Below the pieces are notes generated by a model. The model saw only the letters and a program-made list of their open reading frames with translations, searched no databases and had not been told where the DNA came from. A DNA stretch of 64,000 nucleotides. Origin: an uncultured Verrucomicrobiae bacterium (GTDB lineage: Bacteria > Verrucomicrobiota > Verrucomicrobiia > Limisphaerales > JAFGQR01). Both the position numbers and the translations under genes were made by a program. Shown here piece by piece: positions 21,644-32,079 of this stretch. The stretch spans positions 32,001-96,000 of the forward strand of contig CAWBHS010000027.1 of the NCBI GenBank assembly GCA_963788655.1. Reading direction: 5' to 3'. The number at the start of each line of letters is the position of its first letter. The stretch's first letter is position 1.

Positions 21644-22879
21644 TCAAGACCGCCAAGGCAAACCGCGGTCAGGCTTAATCAATTTGCCGCCGGCGAGAAT
21701 CTGGAATCGTTCTCCCCGCCATACGACTCGATTGCCAATGAAGGCCAGTCCCCAAATCAAGAATTGGAGCAGGTCTTTAATCGGGACCAACCCGAAATAC
21801 CGGACATGGGCTGACGAACGGGTCAACCGAGCTTCAAGGTGCAGCGCGGTCAAGATGCGCACCAGCAGACAGACTCCCAGCCCGAGCGCCAACCAACTAC
21901 CGGCTACCGGCTGCGAGAGAACCTCCACAGACGCGCGCTGAAACTGCAGGAAATTCGGCCAATGGAACGGGTAAGTTTGGCCCACCGCCCACCAAGCCAG
22001 TGGCCAGATGGTGCCGTTGCTCAAGATGCTGAAGAAATAGGGAACGGGCTGACAAGCCCGGATCGTTCGAGCCCAGCGGAGTTGATGCGACCAGACCTCC
22101 CGCCACCCCATCGGCACGCTCCGGCACTCGACCACCACCGGGCAAAGTTCGATGCATGCGCCGGTGGCGGCGACGCGCTGCCCTAGTTGATAATCGTCGG
22201 CCAGGTAATCGACCAGGCTGGCGAAGCCGCCGATGGGTTTGAGTTGGGTCTGGGTGGTAGCCATCACCGCGCCCAGCGCAAAGTCCAATGGTTTTAGGCT
22301 GCGCGCCTGCAGGACCTGGCTCCAAAAATCAGCATTCACCGCGATGGCCTCCCAGCGCATTGCCACGTTGGCGGGATTGGCAATCTGATAGAAGCAATTG
22401 ACCAGCCCCACCTTGCTGTCCGCCAACGGCGAAACCACCTGGCGCAACAAGTCTGTTGGCACCCACACGTCGGCGTCGCTGATAACCAAGGTTTCGTGTT
22501 TGATCAGCGGTTCCAGTTGAATCAGCGTGGACACCTTGGCATTGGGTCCAAGCGGCTCAGGACAGACGACCAATTGCGCGTCAGCTTCCGGATAGCGGGT
22601 TAGAAGCTGGCGGACGAGATCGCCGACCGGATCTTGCGCCGAGGCAACTCCGAACAGGAATTGCACGGGCGCGGGATACGTCTGCTTCAACCAACTTTCC
22701 AGGCAAGCAGCGGTTTCAGGATCGCAGCCTTTGAGGGGCTTCAACACCGTCACCGGCGGAGCGGCAGCAAGTTCTTCGTCGCGGTGGTGCAGGCGAAATC
22801 GCCAGGTTACCGTCCATTGCCACAATCCTAGTCCCAGACTAAGCAGGGCCAGGAAGGTCAGCGGAAGGGTCAAGAACAT
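21644..22879 (-). CDS. HpnI-like / ceramide glucosyltransferase-family GT2
   Basis: VLKPLKG, NAKVSTL, ISDAD, LADDYQLG, HQLRWARTIR; N- and C-terminal TM helices. Confidence 0.8.
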   Translation of the reverse strand: MFLTLPLTFLALLSLGLGLWQWTVTWRFRLHHRDEELAAAPPVTVLKPLKGCDPETAACLESWLKQTYPAPVQFLFGVASAQDPVGDLVRQLLTRYPEADAQLVVCPEPLGPNAKVSTLIQLEPLIKHETLVISDADVWVPTDLLRQVVSPLADSKVGLVNCFYQIANPANVAMRWEAIAVNADFWSQVLQARSLKPLDFALGAVMATTQTQLKPIGGFASLVDYLADDYQLGQRVAATGACIELCPVVVECRSVPMGWREVWSHQLRWARTIRACQPVPYFFSILSNGTIWPLAWWAVGQTYPFHWPNFLQFQRASVEVLSQPVAGSWLALGLGVCLLVRILTALHLEARLTRSSAHVRYFGLVPIKDLLQFLIWGLAFIGNRVVWRGERFQILAGGKLIKPDRGLPWRS

Positions 22880-22944
22880 GAGAGCATTTCAACAAATGGT
22901 CGCCGATAGGTTAGTCCGGAGTCGCATGGTTCCCTCGGTTCGTA

Positions 22945-24164
22945 CTACAGTTGGTCCACAGTAATAACGCGCAGGATTTCTTCCAACGTCGTCTGGCCCG
23001 CAAAGACGCGTTGGAGACCGTTCTGCCACATCGTTTGCATGCCTTGCTGGATGGCCACTTGCTGGAGTTGGCGGGTGGGGAGTTTTTGCAGCACCGCATC
23101 CCGAAACACTTCGTTGACGACCAATAGTTCGGTGACTGCGGTTCGTTCGGCGAAGCCGGTCCGCACGCACCCCGGGCAACCGACGCCGCGCTTGAATTCC
23201 ACGCCAGCAGGCAATTCTTCTCCGAGGCAGACTCAACAGGTTTGGATCCGGTAAATACGCTTCGAGGCAATGGGGGCAGTTCTGGCGGATCAAACGAATG
23301 CCGAGCACCCCAATGATGCTGGAAGCCAGCAGGAAGGGCTCGATTTCCATGTTGATCAACCGGGCAAAGACACCGGCCGCAATTCCGCTGTGAATGGTGC
23401 TGATGATCAAGTGACCCGTCAGGCCAGCTTGCACCGCAATGTTGGCCGTCTCCGGATCCCGGATTTCGCCCACCATGATCACTTGCGGATCCTGGCGCAT
23501 CAAGCGAACGCAGCGCCTTGGCGTAAGTAAAATCCTGCGCCAAGTTGATCTGCGATTGACTGACCATGGGCAGGTTATACTCAACCGGATCCTCCACGGT
23601 GCTCACGCTGATCGCTGGCCCGGCATTGTGAACGATGTGGGTCAGGGCGGCGTAAATGGCCGTGGTTTTTCCCGATCCCGTCGGACCGGTCAGGAGCAGT
23701 AATCCGCTCGGGTGGGCCAGCAACTTCGACAACGTTTGATGCGTGGTCACGTCCAGACCCAGTTGCGCCAGATCGAAGCTACGGTTGGTCGGATCAAACA
23801 AACGAACCACGATCTTTTCACCGCGCACCGTGGGAAAAACCGAAACCCGCAATTCGACGCCGCCAAGTTCCGGCCCCACGGAAGCATGTCCTTCCTGCGG
23901 CAAGCCGGTCTGGTAACTGACCAGGTTGGCAATGACCTTGAACCGACCCGCAACCTTGTCCAGGAGTTCCAGGGGCAGATGCACCAATTCGGTCAAGACA
24001 CCGTTCAAGCGAATGCGGACGACAATCGAGCTCTCCCACGCCTCGATATGTATGTCGCTGGCCCCTGCCGTGATGGCATCGGCCAGCAGACAGTTCACCA
24101 GCACACCAATCTCAATCGCGTGTTCCGCGGATTCGGATTGCAGATACTGGAGCGTTTGGTTCAT
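22945..24164 (-). CDS. GspE/PilB-family secretion ATPase (frameshifts near 23505 and 23225)
   Basis: ASDIHIE, RGEKIVVRL, Walker A GPTGSGKTT, TVEDPVEY, RQDPQVIMVGEIRD, TGHLIISTIH, CPHC/CPGC. Confidence 0.88.
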
Positions 24165-24445
24165 GGCCGGCGATGGCGGGGCCACGGTAAGATTGGCTGA
24201 AGAATTAAAAAGTTGAAGGGGTGAAGCGGTAAAAACGTTGTGCGGTGTTCGCAAACCTTGAAAGACAGCCTTGGCGACGAGGCTCCGGACGCAGCGCGAG
24301 AACGAGCCGTTACTGAAAAGTGACTCGCCCTCGAATCTGCCCAAGCCTCATTCGTCCATCCACACGTATCCATTTGTGCCACTATCTCACAAAAACTGTG
24401 CAACCACGGCCACGCACCAGCCCTTCAACCATTCAACTCGTCCCG

Positions 24446-25486
24446 TCACCTCTTGCCCTCGCCGTCCAGTTCGCGGAGGCGGATTTCCAATTGCTTGACG
24501 CGACGCATCAATTCCGGCAAGTGCTGCACCGCCAGAACTTGGCGCTTCGCCGGGCGATCCGATTGCGCGGGGATACCGAACCATTTCTCGCCGTCAGGAA
24601 TGCTGTGCATGACCCCGGACTTGGCGGCGATGGTCACTCGACTGCCAATTTTCAAATGGCCCGCCAATCCCACCTGGCCCGCCAGCGTCACATAGTCGCC
24701 CAGCGTAGTGCTGCCGGCGATGCCGACCTGTGAAACGATGATGCAATGCTCACCGATGGTGACGTTGTGGGCGATCATTACCAGGTTGTCGATCTTGGTG
24801 CCCTTGCCGATTACGGTCGAACCCAGCGCGCCGCGATCCACCGTCACATTCGCGCCGATCTCGACGTCGTCATGCACGACGACGTTGCCGACTTGCGGCA
24901 CTTTAACGTGGCGGCCTTGGTCAAACACATAGCCAAACCCGTCGGAGCCCAACACCGATCCGGCATGGATGCACACTCGGTTGCCCACCTGAGTACGGGC
25001 GTACAGGACGACGTTGGGAAACAGGTGCGTGTCCGCCCCCAGCCGGCAATCTTCACCGAGGTGATTGCCGCCTTCCAAAATACAGCGTGGCCCGATCTCG
25101 ACTCCCGCGCCGATCACGCAAAACGAACCGATGCACGCGGTCGGATCAATCTTCGCGCCGGCATCCACCACCGCGGACGGATGCACACCCGGCGCAAAAC
25201 TTGGTTCCGGAAAAAACAATGGCAGCACCTGGGCAAAAGCCACCCGCGCGTTGGGCACGCGAATGAGCGTTTTCTTAACGGAACTGAAATCGCCGGCCAC
25301 CAAAATGGCCGAAGCGGCGCTTGCCTCCGCGAGGGCAAAGTAACTCTCGTTCTCGGCAAAGGTCAGATCGCCCGGTTGGCTGGTATCGGCAGGCGAAAAG
25401 CCCGTCAATTTCACCGTCCCGTCGCCCACGACTTTCCCTCCCAGTTTTTCAGCAATTCCTGCGGCAGTGTATGGCATAAGGTTCAT
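24446..25486 (-). CDS. lpxD: UDP-3-O-acylglucosamine N-acyltransferase
   Basis: Hexapeptide repeats, GSDGFGY, VEIGANVTVDRG, KIDNLVMIAHN. Confidence 0.95.
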   Translation of the reverse strand: MNLMPYTAAGIAEKLGGKVVGDGTVKLTGFSPADTSQPGDLTFAENESYFALAEASAASAILVAGDFSSVKKTLIRVPNARVAFAQVLPLFFPEPSFAPGVHPSAVVDAGAKIDPTACIGSFCVIGAGVEIGPRCILEGGNHLGEDCRLGADTHLFPNVVLYARTQVGNRVCIHAGSVLGSDGFGYVFDQGRHVKVPQVGNVVVHDDVEIGANVTVDRGALGSTVIGKGTKIDNLVMIAHNVTIGEHCIIVSQVGIAGSTTLGDYVTLAGQVGLAGHLKIGSRVTIAAKSGVMHSIPDGEKWFGIPAQSDRPAKRQVLAVQHLPELMRRVKQLEIRLRELDGEGKR

Positions 25487-25585
25487 TCCGATTCAGGTAA
25501 AACTTGAAAGCTATGGACGTTGGCTAACCAGTCACCGCTCTTCACCCCAACCGGCTCCTCCCAGCGACTTGTTGCTGCCATTCCA

Positions 25586-25948
25586 TCAAACGCCGCGTTC
25601 GGTGATGACGACGTTCTTTTCACCCAGCACGATGACGTGGGGCTGCCAGGTTCTGGCGGCCACTTCCTCCACCTCGGTGTAGCTCATGATCGTGAGCAAA
25701 TCCCCGGCCCGGCCCAAGCGGGCGGTGGCGCCGTTGAGCACAATGGCAGCGGAACCCCGTTCGCCCGGGATGGCGTAAGTTTCGAAACGGGCGCCATTCG
25801 CCATGTTTCCGCACAGAATTCGCTCATAAGGAAACAGGCCGACCCGGCTCATGAAGTCGGCATCAATCGTCAGGCTGCCTTCGTAGTTCACATTGGCAGC
25901 CGTCACGCGCGCCCGATGGATTTTAGATTTCAGTAAATGGACCAACAT
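25586..25948 (-). CDS. panD: Aspartate 1-decarboxylase
   Basis: KSKIHRARVT..YEGSLTID, NGARFETYAI, LNGATAR. Confidence 0.95.
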   Translation of the reverse strand: MLVHLLKSKIHRARVTAANVNYEGSLTIDADFMSRVGLFPYERILCGNMANGARFETYAIPGERGSAAIVLNGATARLGRAGDLLTIMSYTEVEEVAARTWQPHVIVLGEKNVVITERGV

Positions 25949-26077
25949 AAGGGTCAAGTCGCCGGCGACTCGTTGTCGGGACGAATAATAAGTTCAATAG
26001 CCGCCAATTCAACACCTTCTTTTTCCGCCACGTGCGGCCGGCATCTTGCCGGCGGTTTGGCACGACGGGTCCGAGTA

Positions 26078-26200
26078 AATGACCACTGTTCAATAGCCCA
26101 AGGGCCAATACCCATCACCAACGGGCGGGCGATGCGATGATTGGTTGGGCATTCGGGAGGTGGTCATTCTCTGGGCGTTGGTCATTGGCAATTGATCATT
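26078..26200. repeat. Inverted arrays of degenerate heptamers (AATGACC / TTGGTCA type)
   Basis: AATGACC..CAATAGCCCAAGGGCCAATACCC facing GGTCATT..TTGGTCATTGGCAATTGATCATT. Confidence 0.5.
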
Positions 26201-26420
26201 TCTTCCCCCCGGCCAGTTCCTTCGGTCGCCGCGCTTGCATTCGGTTCTGTCGGCGGGACGCCGGTAACACGCTGCCCCATCCCTTGTCCACCCTCGCACA
26301 AAAACGCTTGAACCAACCCAGCTTTGCTTTAGTCTCCCCGCCCAGAATTCATCGACCGGGAAAACCCGACAGGGTTTCCATGGAACAAACGAATATTGAA
26401 TCAGCTAAACAACAGAATCT

Positions 26421-27611
26421 ATGTCCAATAAACCTCTCAATGTCGGTCTGGTCGGCGGTGGCAAAGGCGCTTTCATCGTTCACCCCCATCAAAAAGCTAT
26501 TCATTTTGACGGTACCCGTCGCGTCACGGCGGGCGCGTTGTTCCCCGATCCCAAGATCGCCCTCGAGGAAGCCGCCAACTGGCCCTACCCCATCAAGGGT
26601 TACGGTTCCTACGACGAAATGATCGGCGCCCAGGCCAGCCTGCCCGCGGACGAAAAACTCGATTACATCCTCATCGTCACGCCCAACTTCGTGCATTTCG
26701 ATCCGGCCATGAAGGCGTTGGACGCCGGCATTCCCGTGTTCTGCGAGAAGCCGCTGACCGTTACCCTCGAGGAAGCTGAAAAAATCGTGAAGAAGGTCAA
26801 GGAGAAGAAAATCCCCTTTGGGGTGGCGCACACGTATCTTGGCCATTGGACCAGCCGGTTCAGCCGGTACATCGTGCGCGCCGGCTTGCTGGGCGAGGTC
26901 CGCTGGGTGGACGCCTATTATATTCAGGGCTGGCTGGCCACCAAACTCGAAGACACCGGCCAGCAACAGGCCTCCTGGCGCGTCGATCCCAAGAAAGCCG
27001 GCGGCTCGGGTTGCGGTGGCGACATTGGCACGCACGCACTCATGCAGCTTCGCTATGTGACCGGACTGGAAGTCGAAGAACTTTCGGCGAACCTGGAAGT
27101 CTTCGTGAAGGGCCGCCCGATTGACGACCATTTCACGGCCTATTGTCACCTGAACAACGGCGCGCGCGCGCTGGTCCGCGCCTCGCAAATTGCCGTCGGC
27201 CATTTGAACGACCTCGGCATGGAAGTTAACGGCACCAAGGGCACCTTGCGCTGGCGACAGGAAGATCCGGAAGTGGTCACCATTTCATTGATGGGCCAAC
27301 CGGATCGCGTTTATTACCGCGGCGCCGTTGCACCGGGCGATGGTTTCCTGCCCCAGGACGTGCCCGCCGACCTCATGGCCGAACCGACCGTCCCAGCGGG
27401 GCACCCCGAGGCGTTCCACGATGCGTTTGCGCGCCTGCACCGTTGCTTCGAGGCGGACGTGCGCAAATACAAGGCCGGGCAGCCGTTCGCATGCGACGGG
27501 TCGAAATACGCCAACGTCGAAGACGGCTGGATGGGCATGGCCTTCATCCAGACGGCCGTCGAATCCAGCTCGAAGAAAGGCACGTGGACACCGATGCCCA
27601 AGCTGGGCTAA
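26421..27611 (+). CDS. Gfo/Idh/MocA family oxidoreductase
   Basis: [38 protein letters not shown]. Confidence 0.92.
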   Translation: MSNKPLNVGLVGGGKGAFIVHPHQKAIHFDGTRRVTAGALFPDPKIALEEAANWPYPIKGYGSYDEMIGAQASLPADEKLDYILIVTPNFVHFDPAMKALDAGIPVFCEKPLTVTLEEAEKIVKKVKEKKIPFGVAHTYLGHWTSRFSRYIVRAGLLGEVRWVDAYYIQGWLATKLEDTGQQQASWRVDPKKAGGSGCGGDIGTHALMQLRYVTGLEVEELSANLEVFVKGRPIDDHFTAYCHLNNGARALVRASQIAVGHLNDLGMEVNGTKGTLRWRQEDPEVVTISLMGQPDRVYYRGAVAPGDGFLPQDVPADLMAEPTVPAGHPEAFHDAFARLHRCFEADVRKYKAGQPFACDGSKYANVEDGWMGMAFIQTAVESSSKKGTWTPMPKLG

Positions 27612-27743
27612 GACCTCGGAGTGGAGAATGACGCGTGGAAACGTGCGCTTTCAACTCTGGCGGAATTACACCTTAAACGCCTCAATTCAATGGCAGCAGG
27701 GCGGCGCCGTGGTGCCGCCCTGTTCTTTTGGAACAACGCCAGA

Positions 27744-27896
27744 CTAGAACAACGGATACAGCAACGGTGCCAACGGCGAAGACGCGCTGAAGACCAGGAA
27801 GAGGCCAAGGAGCAACAGGAGAACCACCAGCGGCACCAGCCACCATTTCTTTTCCTGTCGCAGGAATAGCAGAAACTCTTTGAAGATTTCCCACAT
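27744..27896 (-). CDS. Small membrane protein, DUF5989-like (50 aa; not in the ORF track)
   Basis: MWEIFKEFLLFLRQEKKWWLVPLVVLLLLLGLFLVFSASSPLAPLLYPLF; KKWWL.P and AP..YPLF motifs. Confidence 0.8.
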   Translation of the reverse strand: MWEIFKEFLLFLRQEKKWWLVPLVVLLLLLGLFLVFSASSPLAPLLYPLF

Positions 27897-28099
27897 GCGT
27901 TGCCGGGATTCGTAGCCGATTGTAGGAGCAATGGCAAATGGAAAGGAGGGGGAGCCGGGATGTTAAGATGCTGGATGCCGGATGCCAGATAGCTGAAGGT
28001 GAATGCTCGTTCATGAGTGGGGCTGTGAAGGTGGCTGGCTCCCGCGGGAAATGATTGACTTCGGAAAGGCGATGCGGAATCAAGGGCTATGATCGGTCG

Positions 28100-28792
28100 C
28101 CTTTCGTGACTTGCCTGATGCTGGGGTTATTCCAGCGCTTCCACCCTCTTCGCGGACCCGCCACCACACGGCAGTTTGATCGATCCCGGATTCGAAGCCG
28201 CGAAACTGACCGACCCGTGGCGGACCTGGATCTACCATGACGGCACCGCGCTGCTCATTTGCTTCGATACGCCGATCGCGTCGCAGGGAAAACAACCACG
28301 CCTGGTCGGAGGATTGACCCGGCGGACATGGCCGTTGGCCAAGTGATCGCCCTGCCCCCGGCCTCCGGCTGACGGGCCAAGTGCCGCGTGAAAACCGAGA
28401 AACTCACTGCGGGTGGTCGCACCGACATCGGCAGCGCGCTGCACATTCAGACAACCAATGGAGCGACGCTGGCGCGCGGGCCGAGCACGTTTGGCACGCC
28501 ACCGTGGAAGCAGACTGAAGCGGTTTTCCGGGTTCCTTCAGAAGGGCGGGTCAACGTGGTGCTCTTCTTCATTGGCTATGGCCAAGGCACCGGCAAAGTC
28601 TGGTTCGACGACGTGCGACTGGAGCAAATCCGCGCCGCTGGCCATCCGGAAATTGAGATCACAGCCGAGCACCTCACTCAACGATCCATCGACGCTAAGC
28701 AAGGCGGCCAATTCATCGAACCGCTCTGCGGCCTGATTCCGCGCGAAGCTGCGTTCAACCGCGCATTTCAAGTCGGGCGTCTGCGCGGCTGA
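28100..28792 (+). pseudogene. Truncated glycoside hydrolase (CBM plus start of a GH51-like domain)
   Basis: LIDPGFE.. in a broken frame; GTGKVWFDDVRL then IDAKQGGQFIEPL and an abrupt end. Confidence 0.5.
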
Positions 28793-28844
28793 GGGTAACG
28801 GCGCGCCAATTGCACTTGAATGCTGCGCGGCAGCCGCCATCCAA

Positions 28845-30026
28845 TCAGTACACGTCCCGCAAGTAGCGCTTTTCGGCTTTCATCAGTGTCTGGTTCACGT
28901 ATTCGGCGGCGCCTTCGGGAGTCATGCCGCCTTGTTCCTGGGCAATTTCAATCAGGGCTTGATGCACGTCCTTGGCCATGCGCCGGGCATCACCGCAGAC
29001 GTAAAAGCAGGCGCCGTTTTGAAGCCAGGACCAGAATTCCTTGGCGTTCTCTTTCAAACGGTGCTGCACATAAATCTTTTCCGTTTGATCACGCGAAAAC
29101 GCCAAATCCAACCGGTGCAGGGCGCCGGACTTGTGGTAGTTCAGCCATTCGTTGCCGTACAGGAAATCGCAGGACTGGCGTTGTTCACCGAAAATCAGCC
29201 AGTGCCGGCCCGTGGCGCCACGATGCACCCGTTCCTGGAGGAACGCCCGGTAAGGGGCGATCCCCGTTCCGGCGCCCAGCATGATTATGTCGGTGGCACC
29301 ATCTTCGGGTAGCCGAAACGTTTTGGACGGTTGCACGTACACGGGGATGTTGGGCAGGCGGATGTTGCTGTGATCGGCAAAAAAGCCGGAACAGAACCCA
29401 GTCTTTTGCCGTCCGTGCGTTTCGTAGCGCACGACGGCAATGCACAGGTGAACTTCGTTCGGGTACAGCGTTTGCGAGGAGGCGATGGAATAGAGCCGGG
29501 GGGTCACCGGCGACAATTGCGCCAGAAAAGCCTGGGGCGATTCAAACCGGGCTTCATCGAACTCCCGCAAAATGTCCACATAATCACGGGAGAAAATGTA
29601 TTCCCCCATCAGCGTTTCGGTGTCCACGAGTTCCATCAACCGATTGCGCTGCTCGCCTTGGGGAATGATCGCGCTGAGGCCGAACATGATTTTGCGATTG
29701 GCCCGATTCAACACGTAATTGTGCAACAGGGCCTCGCGGAACGGCACCGTCTGGCCTTCCGGATTGGTGACCGACGCCTGGGGAGCGAAACCCAATTCCT
29801 GGATCAGTTCGTCCACCAACGGCGGCGCATTATTGGCGAAGGCTCCCAGGGAATCGCCCGGTTGGTACGTGAGCCCACTGGCCGAGATGTTCAACACAAA
29901 GTGCCGGGTATCCTTCTCCGAACCCTCGCTCGTCAACAAGCGATGCTCGGTCAGGTGCGCCATAAACGGGTTCTTTCGCGAATAAGTCATTTGCGGTTTC
30001 AAGGGTGCCATCGGTTTGTCTGTCAT
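28845..30026 (-). CDS. Sulfite reductase flavoprotein-like FAD/NADPH module (no flavodoxin domain)
   Basis: PRLYSIASS, GFCSGF, GAGTGIAPYR, AFSRDQ..KIYVQH, YVCGDA..MAKDV, RYLRDVY. Confidence 0.85.
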   Translation of the reverse strand: MTDKPMAPLKPQMTYSRKNPFMAHLTEHRLLTSEGSEKDTRHFVLNISASGLTYQPGDSLGAFANNAPPLVDELIQELGFAPQASVTNPEGQTVPFREALLHNYVLNRANRKIMFGLSAIIPQGEQRNRLMELVDTETLMGEYIFSRDYVDILREFDEARFESPQAFLAQLSPVTPRLYSIASSQTLYPNEVHLCIAVVRYETHGRQKTGFCSGFFADHSNIRLPNIPVYVQPSKTFRLPEDGATDIIMLGAGTGIAPYRAFLQERVHRGATGRHWLIFGEQRQSCDFLYGNEWLNYHKSGALHRLDLAFSRDQTEKIYVQHRLKENAKEFWSWLQNGACFYVCGDARRMAKDVHQALIEIAQEQGGMTPEGAAEYVNQTLMKAEKRYLRDVY

Positions 30027-30324
30027 AATTGGTCGCTATCGCAAGAATGACCCAATCTAACGAGTTTTTCCGGGAGCGCAATGCGGCAGAGGTAAAATCC
30101 AAAACGCGGAATCCAAAAGCCAATAGCCAGAACGGCAAAGGGGGGCCTGGACCAGCTTGCGGAGGACAGTCATCCGGCGGAGCGAACCGGTTCGTCCAAG
30201 CACGCGTTCGCGCTTCGGATTAGCCGTATCCAAAATCGCGAAGCCTGGGGTATTACGCCGGCTTGCTTCCGCTTTCGACAGTCTGCGGAATGAACCAACG
30301 GCTGGTTGGTTTTGCGGCGAATGT

Positions 30325-30786
30325 TTAACTCGTGAAACTAACGATTCGTGGTTGGACGAGACGCTCGAAATCGCGGTAGTCCATTTGGATCAGTTCGGTG
30401 TGCGTGCCGGCATTGAAGGCGATCGTGGGTTTCCCGGCCAGGCTGGCTTCGGCATACGTCTCGAGGCCGTACAGATTGCCGAAGGGAGGCATGGCGCCGA
30501 TTTCGCAATCCGGGAACGCATCATTGAACTCCGGTTCCGTGGCAAACTCGACGCGGTCTTCCCCGGTGATTTCCCGCAGATCCTGGATGATCACCTTGCG
30601 CGGCGCCGGCAGAACGGCCATGCACAATCTTCCGTTGATTTTTACCATGACCGTCTTTGCCAGTTCCTTGCCGGAGATGTGGCTGGAAGCCGCGACTTCC
30701 TGGGCGGTGTAGGCGGCGGAATGTTTGACGGTGACGTACTTAATTTGGTTTCGGTCCAAAAATGCTTTCACTTTTGTTGCCGGCAT
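30325..30786 (-). CDS. YbaK/ProX aminoacyl-tRNA editing domain protein
   Basis: YTAQEVA, LAKTVMVK, CEIGAMPPFG, FNAGTH. Confidence 0.9.
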   Translation of the reverse strand: MPATKVKAFLDRNQIKYVTVKHSAAYTAQEVAASSHISGKELAKTVMVKINGRLCMAVLPAPRKVIIQDLREITGEDRVEFATEPEFNDAFPDCEIGAMPPFGNLYGLETYAEASLAGKPTIAFNAGTHTELIQMDYRDFERLVQPRIVSFTS

Positions 30787-31016
30787 ATCGGTCTCCTTCT
30801 CGTTAAAGGTTTCACTGCGAAAACTTCACTCTGAAAACTTAAGCCGCCCACGCCATCCTTCAAGCTCGGCACACCCGATATTTCATCCAGCTACAGGCAA
30901 TGTCCTGAGCGGTTCATGGCCCGCAACTGAATTGGGTCGGCTTGGCCAGCGCTTGGCCCTGAAGTAGAAGAATCCTTTGGCACGACGGGGGTTCTCCCCT
31001 AAGCTAGCCGGAACGT

Positions 31017-31880
31017 ATGCGAGTGATTGGTCATCTGGCGAATGAGCGGAACGCGGCTTTGTTCAGCGATTACCTGGTCGTCCAGGGAATCGCGAATGAA
31101 GTGGAAGCCGATAAAGAAGGCTGGGCGATCTGGATTCATTCGGAAGACGAAATGGAACGAGCCCACGGGCTGTTGCAGCGCTTCCGGACCAACCCGGACG
31201 ATCCCACCGTTCAAAAATACGCCCGCAAGGCCCAACTCCTGAAAGAGCAACATCAGCAGGAAGCCGAAGCCGCCGAAAAACGGCAATACACGCGCCGCCA
31301 GTTGTTTCCCCGGACGAGAGCATACGCGGTTGGCCCGGTGACGGTCAGCCTCATTGTGATTTGTGCGGTGGTGGCGATTCTCTCCGATTTCGGTAAGAAT
31401 GAAGCGGTTCTCCAATACTTGTTCCTCAGCCTGCCGGAAGTCAGCCGGGGTGAAGTGTGGCGCCTGTTGACGCCCATCGTGGTGCATTTCGGGATTCTGC
31501 ACCTGGCGTTCAACATGCTTTGGCTGTTCGACCTGGGCACCATGATCGAACGCTGTCAGGGCACCGGCAAATTCGTGTTGCTGGTGGTGGTCTTGGGAGT
31601 GCTTTCCAACGTCGGGGAATATCTGATGAGCGGACCATTCTTCGGCGGGATGTCCGGAGTGGTTTACGGGCTGTTGGGGTACATCTGGATGAAAGGCAAA
31701 TTTGATCCCCTGTCGGGCTTGATCCTGCATCCGCAAACAGTGGCGATGATGCTGGTTTGGTTCTTCCTCTGTCTGAGCGGCCTGATGGGGCACATTGCGA
31801 ACACCGCTCACGCTGTCGGGCTCGTGCTGGGCATTGTCTGGGGCTACTTGTCCAGTCAACTGGCCAGTCACCGTCGCTAA
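31017..31880 (+). CDS. Rhomboid intramembrane serine protease (GlpG-like)
   Basis: WRLLTP..HF..LHLAFNM, GMSGVVYG (Ser), ANTAHAVG (His). Confidence 0.92.
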   Translation: MRVIGHLANERNAALFSDYLVVQGIANEVEADKEGWAIWIHSEDEMERAHGLLQRFRTNPDDPTVQKYARKAQLLKEQHQQEAEAAEKRQYTRRQLFPRTRAYAVGPVTVSLIVICAVVAILSDFGKNEAVLQYLFLSLPEVSRGEVWRLLTPIVVHFGILHLAFNMLWLFDLGTMIERCQGTGKFVLLVVVLGVLSNVGEYLMSGPFFGGMSGVVYGLLGYIWMKGKFDPLSGLILHPQTVAMMLVWFFLCLSGLMGHIANTAHAVGLVLGIVWGYLSSQLASHRR

Positions 31881-32079
31881 TCGGGGCCGCAGGCCAGCCC
31901 TTCTTCCGGGCTGCTCAGTTTAGCAACTCCGTTGGCCTTGGTTGTGCTTGTCTGCCTTCGGAAGGGCGAATTGAAACTCGTCCTCGCGAAGTCTTGATTT
32001 GAATCTCGTGGTCCAAATATCGATGAAAAACGGAAATCTGACGCAGGGATGTGTAATCTCCTGTTTGAATCAACCCACC

